Notes: a model not told the origin generated them from the letters alone. A stretch of DNA of 32,000 nucleotides from Candidatus Kuenenia stuttgartensis (GCF_900232105.1 NZ_LT934425.1:1500001-1532000), one strand, 5' to 3'; counted from the first letter of the stretch, positions 19,724 through 30,721 are shown. Made by a program: numbers and translations.

Positions 19724-20680
19724 ATGATTCTCTTACAATCTCTCTTATTTTGTGCCGGCATTGCCGCTCTTTATTTTGGCGCCGAATGGCTTGTCAAAGG
19801 GGCGTCGCGATTCGCGTATTTTCTTAATATTAAACCTATTATCATCGGTCTTACCATTATTGCCTTTGGCACATCTGCTCCTGAACTCGTTACAGGAATT
19901 ATTTCCGGGATAAGAAATTTAAATGACATCGCAATAGGGAACGTCATTGGAAGCAATATCGCCAACGTTGGACTGGTACTTGGGGTAACCGCAATAATCC
20001 TTCCACTGAAAGTGGAAATGAACCTCCTCCGCAGGGAAATCCCAATTATTATAGGCATTTCAGGCCTTTTGTATCTGATGTGCAGAAACGGCATTCTTAG
20101 CCGTTGGGAAGGCGGCCTGCTGGTGGTGGGGATTGTAGTCTATACCTGCTATATTTCCCGGAGTGCCAAAAAAGAATCAAAGGTAATCGAGGAGGAATTT
20201 GCAGATTTTATTAGCAAAAAAAACACACTTTCTCTCGATATTTTGTTCATGTTTATCGGCCTTACAACGCTTATCGGGGGCGCACACCTGCTGGTGAATT
20301 CTGCAATTTATCTGGCGCGCAACTTTGGCATAAGCGAACTCGTTGTTGGTCTTTCCGTTGTTGCGGTAGGTACTTCTCTTCCGGAATTGGCAATATCAAC
20401 CGTTGCTGCTTTTCGGAAAGAATCGGATATCTGCGTAGGCAACGTGCTGGGAAGCAATATTTATAATATTCTCGCGGTGCTTGGAATCACCGCTATTATA
20501 CACCCGCTGCAGATTAATACCTCTTCTTTGCAATTTGATATGCCGGTTATGATCGTCTTCAGCCTTCTGCTTATTCCCATGATTATGAGAAAGTTTATAC
20601 TTACCAGGTGGGAAGGTGTTTTTTTACTGGTTGGATATATTTTTTATATGATAGCTATTTACAAAAAATGTATCTTTTAA
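19724..20680 (+). CDS. Calcium/sodium antiporter (CaCA/YrbG family)
   Basis: Two internally duplicated motifs: IIIGLTIIAFGTSAPELVTG...IGSNIANV and LVVGLSVVAVGTSLPELAIS...LGSNIYNI. Confidence 0.93.
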   Translation: MILLQSLLFCAGIAALYFGAEWLVKGASRFAYFLNIKPIIIGLTIIAFGTSAPELVTGIISGIRNLNDIAIGNVIGSNIANVGLVLGVTAIILPLKVEMNLLRREIPIIIGISGLLYLMCRNGILSRWEGGLLVVGIVVYTCYISRSAKKESKVIEEEFADFISKKNTLSLDILFMFIGLTTLIGGAHLLVNSAIYLARNFGISELVVGLSVVAVGTSLPELAISTVAAFRKESDICVGNVLGSNIYNILAVLGITAIIHPLQINTSSLQFDMPVMIVFSLLLIPMIMRKFILTRWEGVFLLVGYIFYMIAIYKKCIF

Positions 20681-20785
20681 ATCCCTAAGCTGGCAAACAT
20701 TCGGGAGTACTCAATCTGCCATTTGCCGATTGCCGACTACCGACAGAAGAAAGGTACTACTGTTCACCTGTAATTGTCATTTCTT

Positions 20786-21859
20786 CTAAAGGTAGTGGCG
20801 AAGCACTTCCAGGCTTACCCCTGCAACCCTTTCCGGTTTTATTTGGGTCATGCATCTGTGGTCTTTCGGACAAACCTTTAATTGACATGCAAGGCAATCC
20901 ACCTCCGCACGTATCACCTCTCCTGTTTCTTCAGGAGAACATGTGTATCGCGGGTCATTTGGCCCCATTAGCGTAATAACGGGTTTTTTAAAAGCCACTG
21001 CTATGTGCCTTGGCCCGGAATCAACGGAAATCAACAAATCACATCGTTGAATAATTGATTTTAAAATTTCCAGGTCAAGCGCTCTGTCTGCTAAATTTAT
21101 TATCTTTGATTTTGCTTTCTCTTTGATATCTTCGCCTAATTTCACCTCATGAGGGGCGCACACAACAGCAATATTGCTTCTAATTTTTGACTGGATAATA
21201 TCAGCCGTTCTGGCAAATCCTTCTGCCGTCCAGCATTTTGAAGACCCATAGGCCGCACCTGGATTTAAGAGAATAAGTGGTCTTCCATTGTTAAAGCCAT
21301 ATTCCTCAAACATTTCCGCAGTACATTTCTGCCCCCGTTCGGTTACAAACAACTCCAGCTTCTTTGAGCGTACAGCGCATCCGATTTCAGAACATAACCG
21401 TAAGTAATACTCTGTCATATATGTCGGCAAAAACCTTCCATTTTCCATTAACCGGTTGACCCCATCGGTTAACAGAAAACCGCGGGCATCTCTTTTATAA
21501 CCAATACGGCGCTTTACACCCGCCAGCCGGAATAGTAACGCAGAACTGAATGAATTGGGGAATAAAAACCCCAGGTCATACCGATTCCTTCGTATTTGCA
21601 TAACGAGAGAAACATATCCCATGTATTTTACCTGTGAGTTATGCGAATCAGTCTCCACTATTTCATCGAACCACGGAGTGTTATCGATTAATCTCCTGAC
21701 GTATGGTTTTAAGAGAATGGTTATTTTTGCGCGGGGAAAGTTTTCACGAATACACCTAAACGCGGGAGTGGCCATAACCACGTCGCCAACCCAGTTTGGA
21801 GATCTGATAATTATTTTGTTTACCGCATCGGCGATAGTTTCATTTCTCTTTCGTATCAT
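20786..21859 (-). CDS. waaF: Lipopolysaccharide heptosyltransferase II (glycosyltransferase family 9)
   Basis: IIRSPNWVGDVVMATPAFRCIRENFP, LNPGAAYGSSKCWTAEGFA, LLISVDSGPRHIAVAFKKPVITLMGPNDPRYT. Confidence 0.92.
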   Translation of the reverse strand: MIRKRNETIADAVNKIIIRSPNWVGDVVMATPAFRCIRENFPRAKITILLKPYVRRLIDNTPWFDEIVETDSHNSQVKYMGYVSLVMQIRRNRYDLGFLFPNSFSSALLFRLAGVKRRIGYKRDARGFLLTDGVNRLMENGRFLPTYMTEYYLRLCSEIGCAVRSKKLELFVTERGQKCTAEMFEEYGFNNGRPLILLNPGAAYGSSKCWTAEGFARTADIIQSKIRSNIAVVCAPHEVKLGEDIKEKAKSKIINLADRALDLEILKSIIQRCDLLISVDSGPRHIAVAFKKPVITLMGPNDPRYTCSPEETGEVIRAEVDCLACQLKVCPKDHRCMTQIKPERVAGVSLEVLRHYL

Positions 21860-22114
21860 AATTTCTGCTCACTGCCCAAAAAGTATTGAAAAGCACGCGT
21901 TCTTTTTTCTGTTGACATGTCCCTTTAATGCGATATTAATATGTGCAGGGTATTTCCTGCCAATTTACCAATAACAAATATGTTTAAACAAAAAACCAGC
22001 CACCCGGTGGGGGGATGTCCGATTCTTAAATTAGGTTGGGTTTTTAAAAGACAAAGATCCAATGACATTAATTTTTACCCACCACTTAATACCCTCCCAA
22101 GAAGGGAATTTAAT

Positions 22115-22142
22115 GCAGAGACGCACGGCCGTGCGTCTCTGC
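22115..22142. repeat. Perfect 28-bp palindrome
   Basis: GCAGAGACGCACGG|CCGTGCGTCTCTGC, in the region between divergent waaF-like and histidine kinase genes. Confidence 0.95.
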
Positions 22143-22344
22143 TAATCAATGCCTTACGGTTATGCATCTTGAAAAACGAGCATAAAAAACAAGAAGTTGA
22201 TGGATAGTAGTACGAAGAAAGATTTGCAAAAAGAAGTTTTTACAGGGCAATATATATGACATGCACAATCCGTAGTTGCCCTTTTTTAAAGAATTATACA
22301 TTTTTTGTCACACTTTTATAGGGATAAAATCTCCAAACACGCCT

Positions 22345-24471
22345 ATGCCTCTTTATGAAATTATTTCCATTATTGGTTTCATCGTGGGAACGATTCTTCA
22401 CATCGTTTTATCCGTACTCATTGGGCAGCGAAGACACAAGAAGAGAAGTGAATTTATTTTTCAGTTTCTTGTTATTAGTGTCGCAATGTGGCATTTAGGG
22501 AATACCGTTTATCTCTTTAGTTCTATTTTGTTCGACAAAAATCTCTTCCCGGTAAATTTCATTGCTGACGCAATTTCGTATGCCGGCATTGGGCTTATGC
22601 CCAGCTTATTGCTTCATACCGCCATTTCATTTTTATATGAAAACGGTTTTACGATAAGAAGGTCCTTGCAGAAGCTTATTTTAATTGCAATATATTTTCC
22701 CGTTCTCCCCTTTTCATTCGTTATAAAAAAATTCATCCGCCTGGAAGAATCTTATTTGGTCGCCCATAGCCAGCTTGTAAAGCCGTTTATCGTCTGGCTG
22801 ATAGTAGCATTGCTTATTTCTGCGTACATCTCCAAATGGCTGGCAAAAAATGCAGAAGAAAAAGAGGAACAAAAATTCCTTATGGCTATTTTCTGGGTAT
22901 TGATAACCATAGCGGTTTTCATTGGATTTACCGTAATCCTCGAAGGCAGGAAAATAGCTTATATCGGCGACTATCTGGTGCTTGTCTCCATGTTATCTTC
23001 CATTTTTCCCAGCATCGTCTTTTCCTATTACGTTTATCGCTATAATTATATGGAATTTGTTTTAAGAAGGAGTATTTTTTACTCTTTCCTCACCTTTGTC
23101 ATCATCTGTCTCTACTATTTCGGAATAAAGCAATTTAGCAAGTTTATGGAAATAAAGTATGCAATACATTCCAAAACACTGGAGGCGGTCTTTGTAATAA
23201 ACCTTGTTTTCTGGTTTCCAACAATTAAAGAAAAGTCTCAAAAACTTTTCAGGAAGATACTCTTTTTTCGAAGCTCGGATACGGAGTATCTTTTAAACGA
23301 ATTAAATCATGTCATAAGCACAGACCCTCTTGTCAACATCACGGCACTCCTTGAAAATGTTGTCTTTTCTATTAAAAAAGCGACCTCGATTAAAACAATA
23401 AACCTCGTTCTCATTAAAAAGAACAGGATTCAAATCATCGGAGACAAAAAAAATGACGTTATTGCACTTGCAAATTTGCATAATATTATACAATTTTATT
23501 CATCGGGAGAGCTTGTGGAATTAAACCGATATGAAGTAAAGGACGCTGCCGTCATTAGTGAAATGCGGTTATTGGAGGCTATTTTTATCTTTCCTGTCTT
23601 TGTAAAAAGAAGGCTGAAAGGGATATTGTGTATGGGCAGGGCAAAACGCGGTATGCCGATCGCCTCTGATAATTTAGATCAATTAATGATTATTGCAAAC
23701 GAGATTGGTTCCGCGCTTGAAAAATCAAAGATCATCGAAGAAAAACTTTTTCTTGAGAGAAAAATGCTAGAAAACGAAAAATTATCCAGTCTCGGACGCC
23801 TCTCTACAAGCGTTGCCCATGAAGTAAAAAATCCCCTTAGTTCCATAAAGGCTATCGTCCAGGCAATGTGCGAAGATTTAGAAAAGGAGCATCCTTTACA
23901 AAAAGACCTTGATATCATTGTCGGTGAAATCGACCGGCTGAACAAAGTGGTAAACCAATTGCTTCTCTATGCAAAGCCCAGTGGGAACATGCAGGAACAT
24001 GTGAAAATAAAAGAGGTTATTGATTCAACACTGGTAGTGCTAAACCATGAGGCGAGGCAAAACAATATTGCGATATTATGTAATATTTCTGAAGCACTTC
24101 CACTTATATATGCTGATAAAGCCGCATTAAAGGAGGTATTTTTCAATCTTATCCATAATGCCATTCAGGCAACCCCTCCCAATGGAAAAATCTCCATCGA
24201 TGCAGACCTCATTCCAACAAAGCATTTTATTCAGATAAAAGTCACGGATACCGGGCACGGCATACCGCAGGATTCTCTGCAAAAGATATTTGATCCATTT
24301 TTTACTACGAAACAGACGGGAACCGGCTTAGGGCTTTCCGTTGTTAAAAAGAAATTAGAGGACATGCACGCCACCATTCATGTTGAAAGCAATGGGGACG
24401 GAACAACCTTTGTTATAGACGTCCCATTCGAGCAAATGCAACCCCAAGCTGGCATAGGCGAAGACAAATAA
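22345..24471 (+). CDS. Membrane sensor histidine kinase (PrsK-like N-terminal 7TM region, GAF-like middle, HisKA-HATPase)
   Basis: SSLGRLSTSVAHEVKNPLSSIKAIVQ H-box, NLIHNAIQATPPNGK N-box, DTGHGIP, GTGLGLSVVKKKLE. MPLYEIIS start preferred over 22276. Confidence 0.9.
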   Translation: MPLYEIISIIGFIVGTILHIVLSVLIGQRRHKKRSEFIFQFLVISVAMWHLGNTVYLFSSILFDKNLFPVNFIADAISYAGIGLMPSLLLHTAISFLYENGFTIRRSLQKLILIAIYFPVLPFSFVIKKFIRLEESYLVAHSQLVKPFIVWLIVALLISAYISKWLAKNAEEKEEQKFLMAIFWVLITIAVFIGFTVILEGRKIAYIGDYLVLVSMLSSIFPSIVFSYYVYRYNYMEFVLRRSIFYSFLTFVIICLYYFGIKQFSKFMEIKYAIHSKTLEAVFVINLVFWFPTIKEKSQKLFRKILFFRSSDTEYLLNELNHVISTDPLVNITALLENVVFSIKKATSIKTINLVLIKKNRIQIIGDKKNDVIALANLHNIIQFYSSGELVELNRYEVKDAAVISEMRLLEAIFIFPVFVKRRLKGILCMGRAKRGMPIASDNLDQLMIIANEIGSALEKSKIIEEKLFLERKMLENEKLSSLGRLSTSVAHEVKNPLSSIKAIVQAMCEDLEKEHPLQKDLDIIVGEIDRLNKVVNQLLLYAKPSGNMQEHVKIKEVIDSTLVVLNHEARQNNIAILCNISEALPLIYADKAALKEVFFNLIHNAIQATPPNGKISIDADLIPTKHFIQIKVTDTGHGIPQDSLQKIFDPFFTTKQTGTGLGLSVVKKKLEDMHATIHVESNGDGTTFVIDVPFEQMQPQAGIGEDK

Positions 24472-24649
24472 ACAAGAAAGGCGAAATACGAAACAAGAAC
24501 CACAGATTACACAGCACTTCGTCATAAGCTCAGTCGAACGATTGCATAGATTTAAAAAAAATCGTCACAAGCCTGCAATTAACCGATTTCACTATTAAAT
24601 ATTTTGAGAAAAAGTGCCGGGAAATTACTGATAAGGTACTACTATTATT

Positions 24650-26062
24650 ATGACAACAAAGGAAACCATGCACACAAATTCTATCTTAATCGTCGATGAT
24701 GAAAAAGCTGCACGCTACGGCATGAAAAAGATTTTACAAAGGGACCACGGTTCCATCTTTGAAGCAACAAACGGCATAGATGTTTTACAAAAAATACATA
24801 CGTTGCAGCCAGCCCTTATATTTTTAGATATAAATATGCCTCAGCTCGACGGACTAAAAACGCTTGAAAAGATACGTGAAATGAAACATCCCCCGCTTGT
24901 GGTTATCGTTACGGCGCACGGTTCGGAAAAGATTGCCGTGGAGGCCATGAAAAAGGGCGCATACGATTACATAGCAAAGCCTTACGAAATGGAAGAACTA
25001 CGCATTATCACCAGGAACGCGCTGGAGAAAATAGCTCTTCAGGAAGAAAATACCCGCTTGCGCATGGAGATTGGAATGCTTGAGGGATATGGAGAGCTTC
25101 TCGGCCAAAGCAAGATCATGCAGGAGGTTTTTGACCGGATAGAAAAAGTAGTTACCGCTGATGTTACGGTACTGCTTCAGGGAGAGAGCGGCAGTGGTAA
25201 AGAACTTGCGGCGCATGAGATTCACCGGAGGAGCAAAAGGAAAAACGGTCCGTTTATTGTGATGAATTGCGCTGCCGTGCCGGAAACGCTTATTGAAAGC
25301 GAGCTTTTCGGGCATGAAAGGGGATCCTTTACCGGCGCAACAGAAAGGCGCATGGGTAAATTTGAGATGGCAAATAATGGCACTATTCTGCTGGATGAAA
25401 TAGGGGATATGAGCCTCAGCACACAATCAAAACTCCTGCGGGTACTGCAGGAACAAAAATTTGAACGTCTGGGCGGCACGGAAACACTGGCGGTTGATGT
25501 AAGAATCATCAGCGCCACCCACCGCGACCTGGAAGAGGAAATAGAAGAAGGCCGGTTCAGAGAAGATTTATACTATAGAATAAATGTCGTAAATATAAAA
25601 ATTCCGCCGTTAAGAAAGAGAAAAGAAGACATACCATTGCTGGTAAACCGGTTCATACAACATTTCAGTAAAAAACATTATAAAAATGTTGTTTCTATTT
25701 CAAATGACGCCATGAAAAAACTTAGTGCATACAATTGGCCGGGAAACATTCGTCAGTTAAAGAACACCATAGAAAGCGCCATAGTTCTTACAAACAACGA
25801 TGTTCTTGATATTTCAGACCTCTCTGAAGACATAATACGGGAGGAAAAAACCCCGGATTCAACAAAAAATGTACATTACCATCTCTCATTTCGTGAAGCG
25901 AAAAAGATCCTTATTGAAAATTTCGAGAAGGATTTTATCAGTAAGAAACTTGAGGAATGCGGTGGCAATATCAGCCATACGGCAGAGGCATTAGACATGC
26001 ACCGTCAAAATCTGCAGCAAAAAATAAAAGATTTACAGCTAAATAAAGATATCAAAGAATGA
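24650..26062 (+). CDS. NtrC-family sigma-54-dependent response regulator (PrsR-like)
   Basis: REC domain ILIVDDEKAARYG..FLDINMPQLDG, AAA+ GESGSGKE, ELFGHERGSFTGATER, C-terminal Fis-type HTH NISHTAEALDMHRQNLQQKI. Confidence 0.95.
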   Translation: MTTKETMHTNSILIVDDEKAARYGMKKILQRDHGSIFEATNGIDVLQKIHTLQPALIFLDINMPQLDGLKTLEKIREMKHPPLVVIVTAHGSEKIAVEAMKKGAYDYIAKPYEMEELRIITRNALEKIALQEENTRLRMEIGMLEGYGELLGQSKIMQEVFDRIEKVVTADVTVLLQGESGSGKELAAHEIHRRSKRKNGPFIVMNCAAVPETLIESELFGHERGSFTGATERRMGKFEMANNGTILLDEIGDMSLSTQSKLLRVLQEQKFERLGGTETLAVDVRIISATHRDLEEEIEEGRFREDLYYRINVVNIKIPPLRKRKEDIPLLVNRFIQHFSKKHYKNVVSISNDAMKKLSAYNWPGNIRQLKNTIESAIVLTNNDVLDISDLSEDIIREEKTPDSTKNVHYHLSFREAKKILIENFEKDFISKKLEECGGNISHTAEALDMHRQNLQQKIKDLQLNKDIKE

Positions 26063-26123
26063 AATGAGTGTATGGGTCGAAAGACAAACAGTAATATCAT
26101 CATGATGAATCGGCCGGACAAAA

Positions 26124-26768
26124 TCATTTCCGGTTTTTGTCAAAGTAGGGAAATGCCGTTAAAAGCAACGATTCTATTTCATCGGACATTGTATTAAACT
26201 CGTACAAATTTGGTTCTTTGGCGCCGGCGCCGAGGAATCCGGCACTGCCAATAGTGTCTCGTAAACCTGAAAATCTTTCTATAATCTCCTTGTGCAGTGA
26301 AGTAGCATGCCTTTCGTCATAAGCCAGGACATTTCCTGCCAGCAAGGCAGTATAATACTCTTCTGCTAATCGAAGCCGTACTTTTGCACGAACAAAAATT
26401 TTCAGTAGTTCTTTTTTGTTGTAATAAAACTTTTCCTTTATTGCAAAAAAAACGAGCGTTGCCATTTGATTGCACAAATTGCGGAAATCCTGCTCTCGTA
26501 ATGTAACAGCAAACAGGGGTTTAAAGTCTATATTAAACAGAGTATTAATGTCATTTATACGATCAGTAATATTTTCAATCTCGTTTTGAACCATTAGCCA
26601 ATTATCTTGTTTCCCGTGAAAAATGATCGCCTTAAAAGTCGTAATCAAAGGGTCTTCTTCCCTTTTGTAACCATAACTATAAGCCGTTTTCCCGGTTGAT
26701 AAAACAATACCGGCAAAAAAACACAAATAAATAATAACTATTTTTATCATACATTCCCCTATCTTCAT
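26124..26768 (-). CDS. Hypothetical exported protein
   Basis: N-terminal signal-like segment MIKIVIIYLCFFAGIVLSTGKTAYS, 190-residue soluble helical-looking remainder. Convergent with the response regulator. Confidence 0.6.
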   Translation of the reverse strand: MKIGECMIKIVIIYLCFFAGIVLSTGKTAYSYGYKREEDPLITTFKAIIFHGKQDNWLMVQNEIENITDRINDINTLFNIDFKPLFAVTLREQDFRNLCNQMATLVFFAIKEKFYYNKKELLKIFVRAKVRLRLAEEYYTALLAGNVLAYDERHATSLHKEIIERFSGLRDTIGSAGFLGAGAKEPNLYEFNTMSDEIESLLLTAFPYFDKNRK

Positions 26769-27119
26769 AAAGCTGCAAAAGTATCCTGCCTGGTAATTGT
26801 GGATGCCTATTTACCACTACAGCGACATTTTATCCTTGCCCTACCTGTTAATTTTGTCAGGGTTGTTTCATTCATAAATTCAGGAAAAAACTATTAGCAT
26901 GAATATAACATGATTACGCGACAATAATAAAACAAGAACTGTTTGCATTCTGCAACAAACGTATGTTATATTCCGTGAATTATCAGGATGTATACGACCG
27001 TACCGCAGCAGTGATTTATTTATATTTTTTAACAAAATATCTAATGGTGAACTCCGAAATGCTAAATACTAAACAAATTCCAAAATACAAAATCCCTATG
27101 AAAAAAACCGGGTTTTGAA

Positions 27120-27212
27120 CATTTGAAAATTAAAAATTAGAATTTGTTTCGTATTTCGTGCTTCGGATTTTTTATCTCGTGCTTGTTTGGCACTGGCTAT
27201 GCCAGCTTAAGA
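27120..27212 (-). repeat. Dispersed repeat copy related to 14341..14420 and 6061..6110
   Basis: Reverse complement CTTAAGCTGGCATAGCCAGTGCCAAACAAGCACGAGATAAAAAATCCGAAGCACGAAATACGAAACAAATTC. Confidence 0.7.
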
Positions 27213-27225
27213 GGGAGAAATAAAG

Positions 27226-27393
27226 GTGGATATTTTAAAACAAGTCGCTGAATTAAAAGAATTTTTAGGAAAGGTCTATTGCTTTATCGAAGAAAATGAA
27301 GATTCATTCAAAGATGGCGTAGAGGCGGAAGAAATGAAAAATGGGCTTTGGAACTGGATGCAGGCATTGGCACAATTCTTACCCGAACATTAA
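27226..27393 (+). CDS. Small hypothetical protein (55 aa, GTG start)
   Basis: MDILKQVAELKEFLGKVYCFIEENEDSFKDGVEAEEMKNGLWNWMQALAQFLPEH*, preceded by GAGGGAGA. Not in the supplied ORF track because of its length/start. Confidence 0.45.
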   Translation: MDILKQVAELKEFLGKVYCFIEENEDSFKDGVEAEEMKNGLWNWMQALAQFLPEH

Positions 27394-27458
27394 TTTTTTG
27401 CCAGTACCGCATTTTAAGACTATTCGGTAAGTAAAAGCAGCCCATGGTTTTTAAATAC

Positions 27459-27487
27459 TTGACAAAACATATTTACCTGCTTAGAAT
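27459..27487 (+). promoter_or_regulatory. Sigma-70-type promoter upstream of gap
   Basis: TTGACA-N17-TAGAAT, about 105 bp upstream of the gap start codon. Confidence 0.6.
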
Positions 27488-27582
27488 ACCGTGTCTTTTC
27501 CTGTGGGAAAAGTGCCCCCCTTTTTATAAACTATAAATGGTAAGTGAAATACGTATTTTTAATATTTTAGGACAAAAAATAA

Positions 27583-28593
<1,011 letters not shown>

Positions 28594-28767
28594 AAAAAAC
28601 ATCCGTTTTCTTGTGTAATGAAAAATGCCCATTCCCTGCAAAGTAACGAATATTTATTTAAACGAGTAATATTTAGCGCTTTCTCCAATAAGTTTCCTGC
28701 AAGCCAAAACGGTTTTTCTCCTGCGTTATTTCTAATAAACCTCATTTTAAAGCATAATAATATTTAA

Positions 28768-29961
28768 ATGAAAAAACTATTTATAAAAGACCTGGCGGTT
28801 AGAAAAAAGAAGGTTATGGTACGTACGGATTACAATGTACCATTAGACGAAGATGGGAATATAACCGATGATACCAGGATTCGCGCAACATTGCCAACCA
28901 TCAACTATTTGCTGGATGAGGAAGCAAAGGTAATTATTGCGTCTCATCTGGGAAGGCCCGTCGGCGCAAATCCGAAATACAGTTTAAAACCTGTAGCAAG
29001 GCGTCTGCAACGTTTTCTGACGGAAAAAGTCAAGATCACGCTTGCGGAGGACTGTATTGGCGAAGAGGTAAAAAAACAGGTAGAGGCAATGAATTACGGA
29101 GACGTGCTACTGTTGGAAAACTTAAGGTTTCATCCCGGCGAGCAAAAAAACGATGCCGGGTTTGCGAAAGAGCTTGCGGGTTTATGTGATTTATTCGTAC
29201 AGGATGCATTCGGAAACTGCCACAGAAATCATGCTTCGATGGTCGGGATAGTCCGGTATGTGCCTGCGGCAGCCGGGTTTTTGATCAAGAAAGAGTTGGA
29301 CTATTTTGAAAAATCCGTCAACGATCCTATACGTCCTGTTATTGCCATTTTGGGAGGCTCTAAGGTCTCTGACAAAATAAAGATCCTTGAAAATCTTGCC
29401 AAAAAGATGGATAAAATCATCATCGGCGGGGCAATGGCATTTACCTTTCTTAAAGCACAGGGAATACCGGTTGGGAAATCGCTGGTTGAAGACAGTATGA
29501 TTGAGACGGCAAATAATCTAATGGATTATACAAAGAAAAATGGCACAAAATTATATTTACCGGTGGATTTCGTTGTGGCGGAAAAATTTGACAAAACGGC
29601 GGAAACAAAGGTAGTGCCATTTCAGGAAATACCAGAAAGATGGATTGCCCTTGACATAGGCCCTGCAACGATAAAACTTTTTTCCGCGGTATTGCAGGAC
29701 GCAAAAACAATTTTATGGAACGGCCCTATGGGGGCGTTTGAAATTGATGCATTCAGCAGAGGAACATACGCCATGGTAGATATCGTAACAAGTTCTCACG
29801 CATCCACCGTAGTGGGCGGCGGTGATACCGACATGGCGTTTCACAAAGCAGGGAAAGCGCACGAGGTATCATTTATTTCAACCGGCGGAGGGGCTTTTTT
29901 GAAATTATTGGAAGGCGGAGATCTCCCCGGGATAGCATCGCTTACGGACAAAAAAATATAA
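28768..29961 (+). CDS. pgk: Phosphoglycerate kinase
   Basis: VMVRTDYNVPLDEDGNITDDTRI, ASHLGRP, LLENLRFHPGE, ILGGSKVSDKI, GGGDTDMAF, STGGGAFLKLLEGG. Confidence 0.97.
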   Translation: MKKLFIKDLAVRKKKVMVRTDYNVPLDEDGNITDDTRIRATLPTINYLLDEEAKVIIASHLGRPVGANPKYSLKPVARRLQRFLTEKVKITLAEDCIGEEVKKQVEAMNYGDVLLLENLRFHPGEQKNDAGFAKELAGLCDLFVQDAFGNCHRNHASMVGIVRYVPAAAGFLIKKELDYFEKSVNDPIRPVIAILGGSKVSDKIKILENLAKKMDKIIIGGAMAFTFLKAQGIPVGKSLVEDSMIETANNLMDYTKKNGTKLYLPVDFVVAEKFDKTAETKVVPFQEIPERWIALDIGPATIKLFSAVLQDAKTILWNGPMGAFEIDAFSRGTYAMVDIVTSSHASTVVGGGDTDMAFHKAGKAHEVSFISTGGGAFLKLLEGGDLPGIASLTDKKI

Positions 29962-30022
29962 TATACGGACATCTTCCGTAACTTCTCTATTGATCTATGC
30001 TAAAACAAAGGAAATACGAAGA

Positions 30023-30721
30023 ATGAGAAATAAGATTAAAATATCCGCTTCAATACTGGCGGCAAATCCCATGCGCTTTGAAGAAGAAATCAAACGCATT
30101 GAAGCGGCGGGAATCGATCTCATTCATATTGATGTTATGGACGGCCATTTTGTCCCCAATATTACCATAGGGCCTTTTATTGTTGCGGGGATAAGGCGGA
30201 TAACAAATATACCATTAGATATACATTTAATGATCGAACATCCGGAACGTTATGTGGAAGCATTTGCCGGGGCGGCGGAAGGCAATGGAATAATTACATT
30301 TCATATTGAGACGGTAAAAAACCCCAAAGAGATTATTTCTCTGATCAAAAGTACGGGGATGAAAGTTGGTATATCGTTAAATCCGGGTACGCCCGTAGAA
30401 ATGATAGAAAATTTTCTGGATCAGGTAGATATGGCGCTCGTCATGTCGGTAAATCCAGGTTTTGCTGGCCAGAAATTTATTCCAATTGCCTTGCCTAAGA
30501 TTGCAAGGCTCCGCGATAAAGCGCCGGATAAAATGGATATTCAGGTAGATGGAGGAATTACACCAGACAATATTTCCCAGGTAGTAAAACAAGGGGCAAA
30601 TGTAATCGTAGCCGCTTCTGCTATTTTTAAAACGAGTGACCCTGGCAATGCGATTAAATCCCTGAAACAAATTGCCGAACAAACCATGGAAAAAGATGCT
30701 GTTAATCTTGTTAACAGATAA
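30023..30721 (+). CDS. rpe: Ribulose-phosphate 3-epimerase
   Basis: ISASILAANPMRFEEEIKRIEAAGIDLIHIDVMDGHFVPNITIGP, VMSVNPGFAGQKFIP, IQVDGGITPDN. Confidence 0.95.
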   Translation: MRNKIKISASILAANPMRFEEEIKRIEAAGIDLIHIDVMDGHFVPNITIGPFIVAGIRRITNIPLDIHLMIEHPERYVEAFAGAAEGNGIITFHIETVKNPKEIISLIKSTGMKVGISLNPGTPVEMIENFLDQVDMALVMSVNPGFAGQKFIPIALPKIARLRDKAPDKMDIQVDGGITPDNISQVVKQGANVIVAASAIFKTSDPGNAIKSLKQIAEQTMEKDAVNLVNR

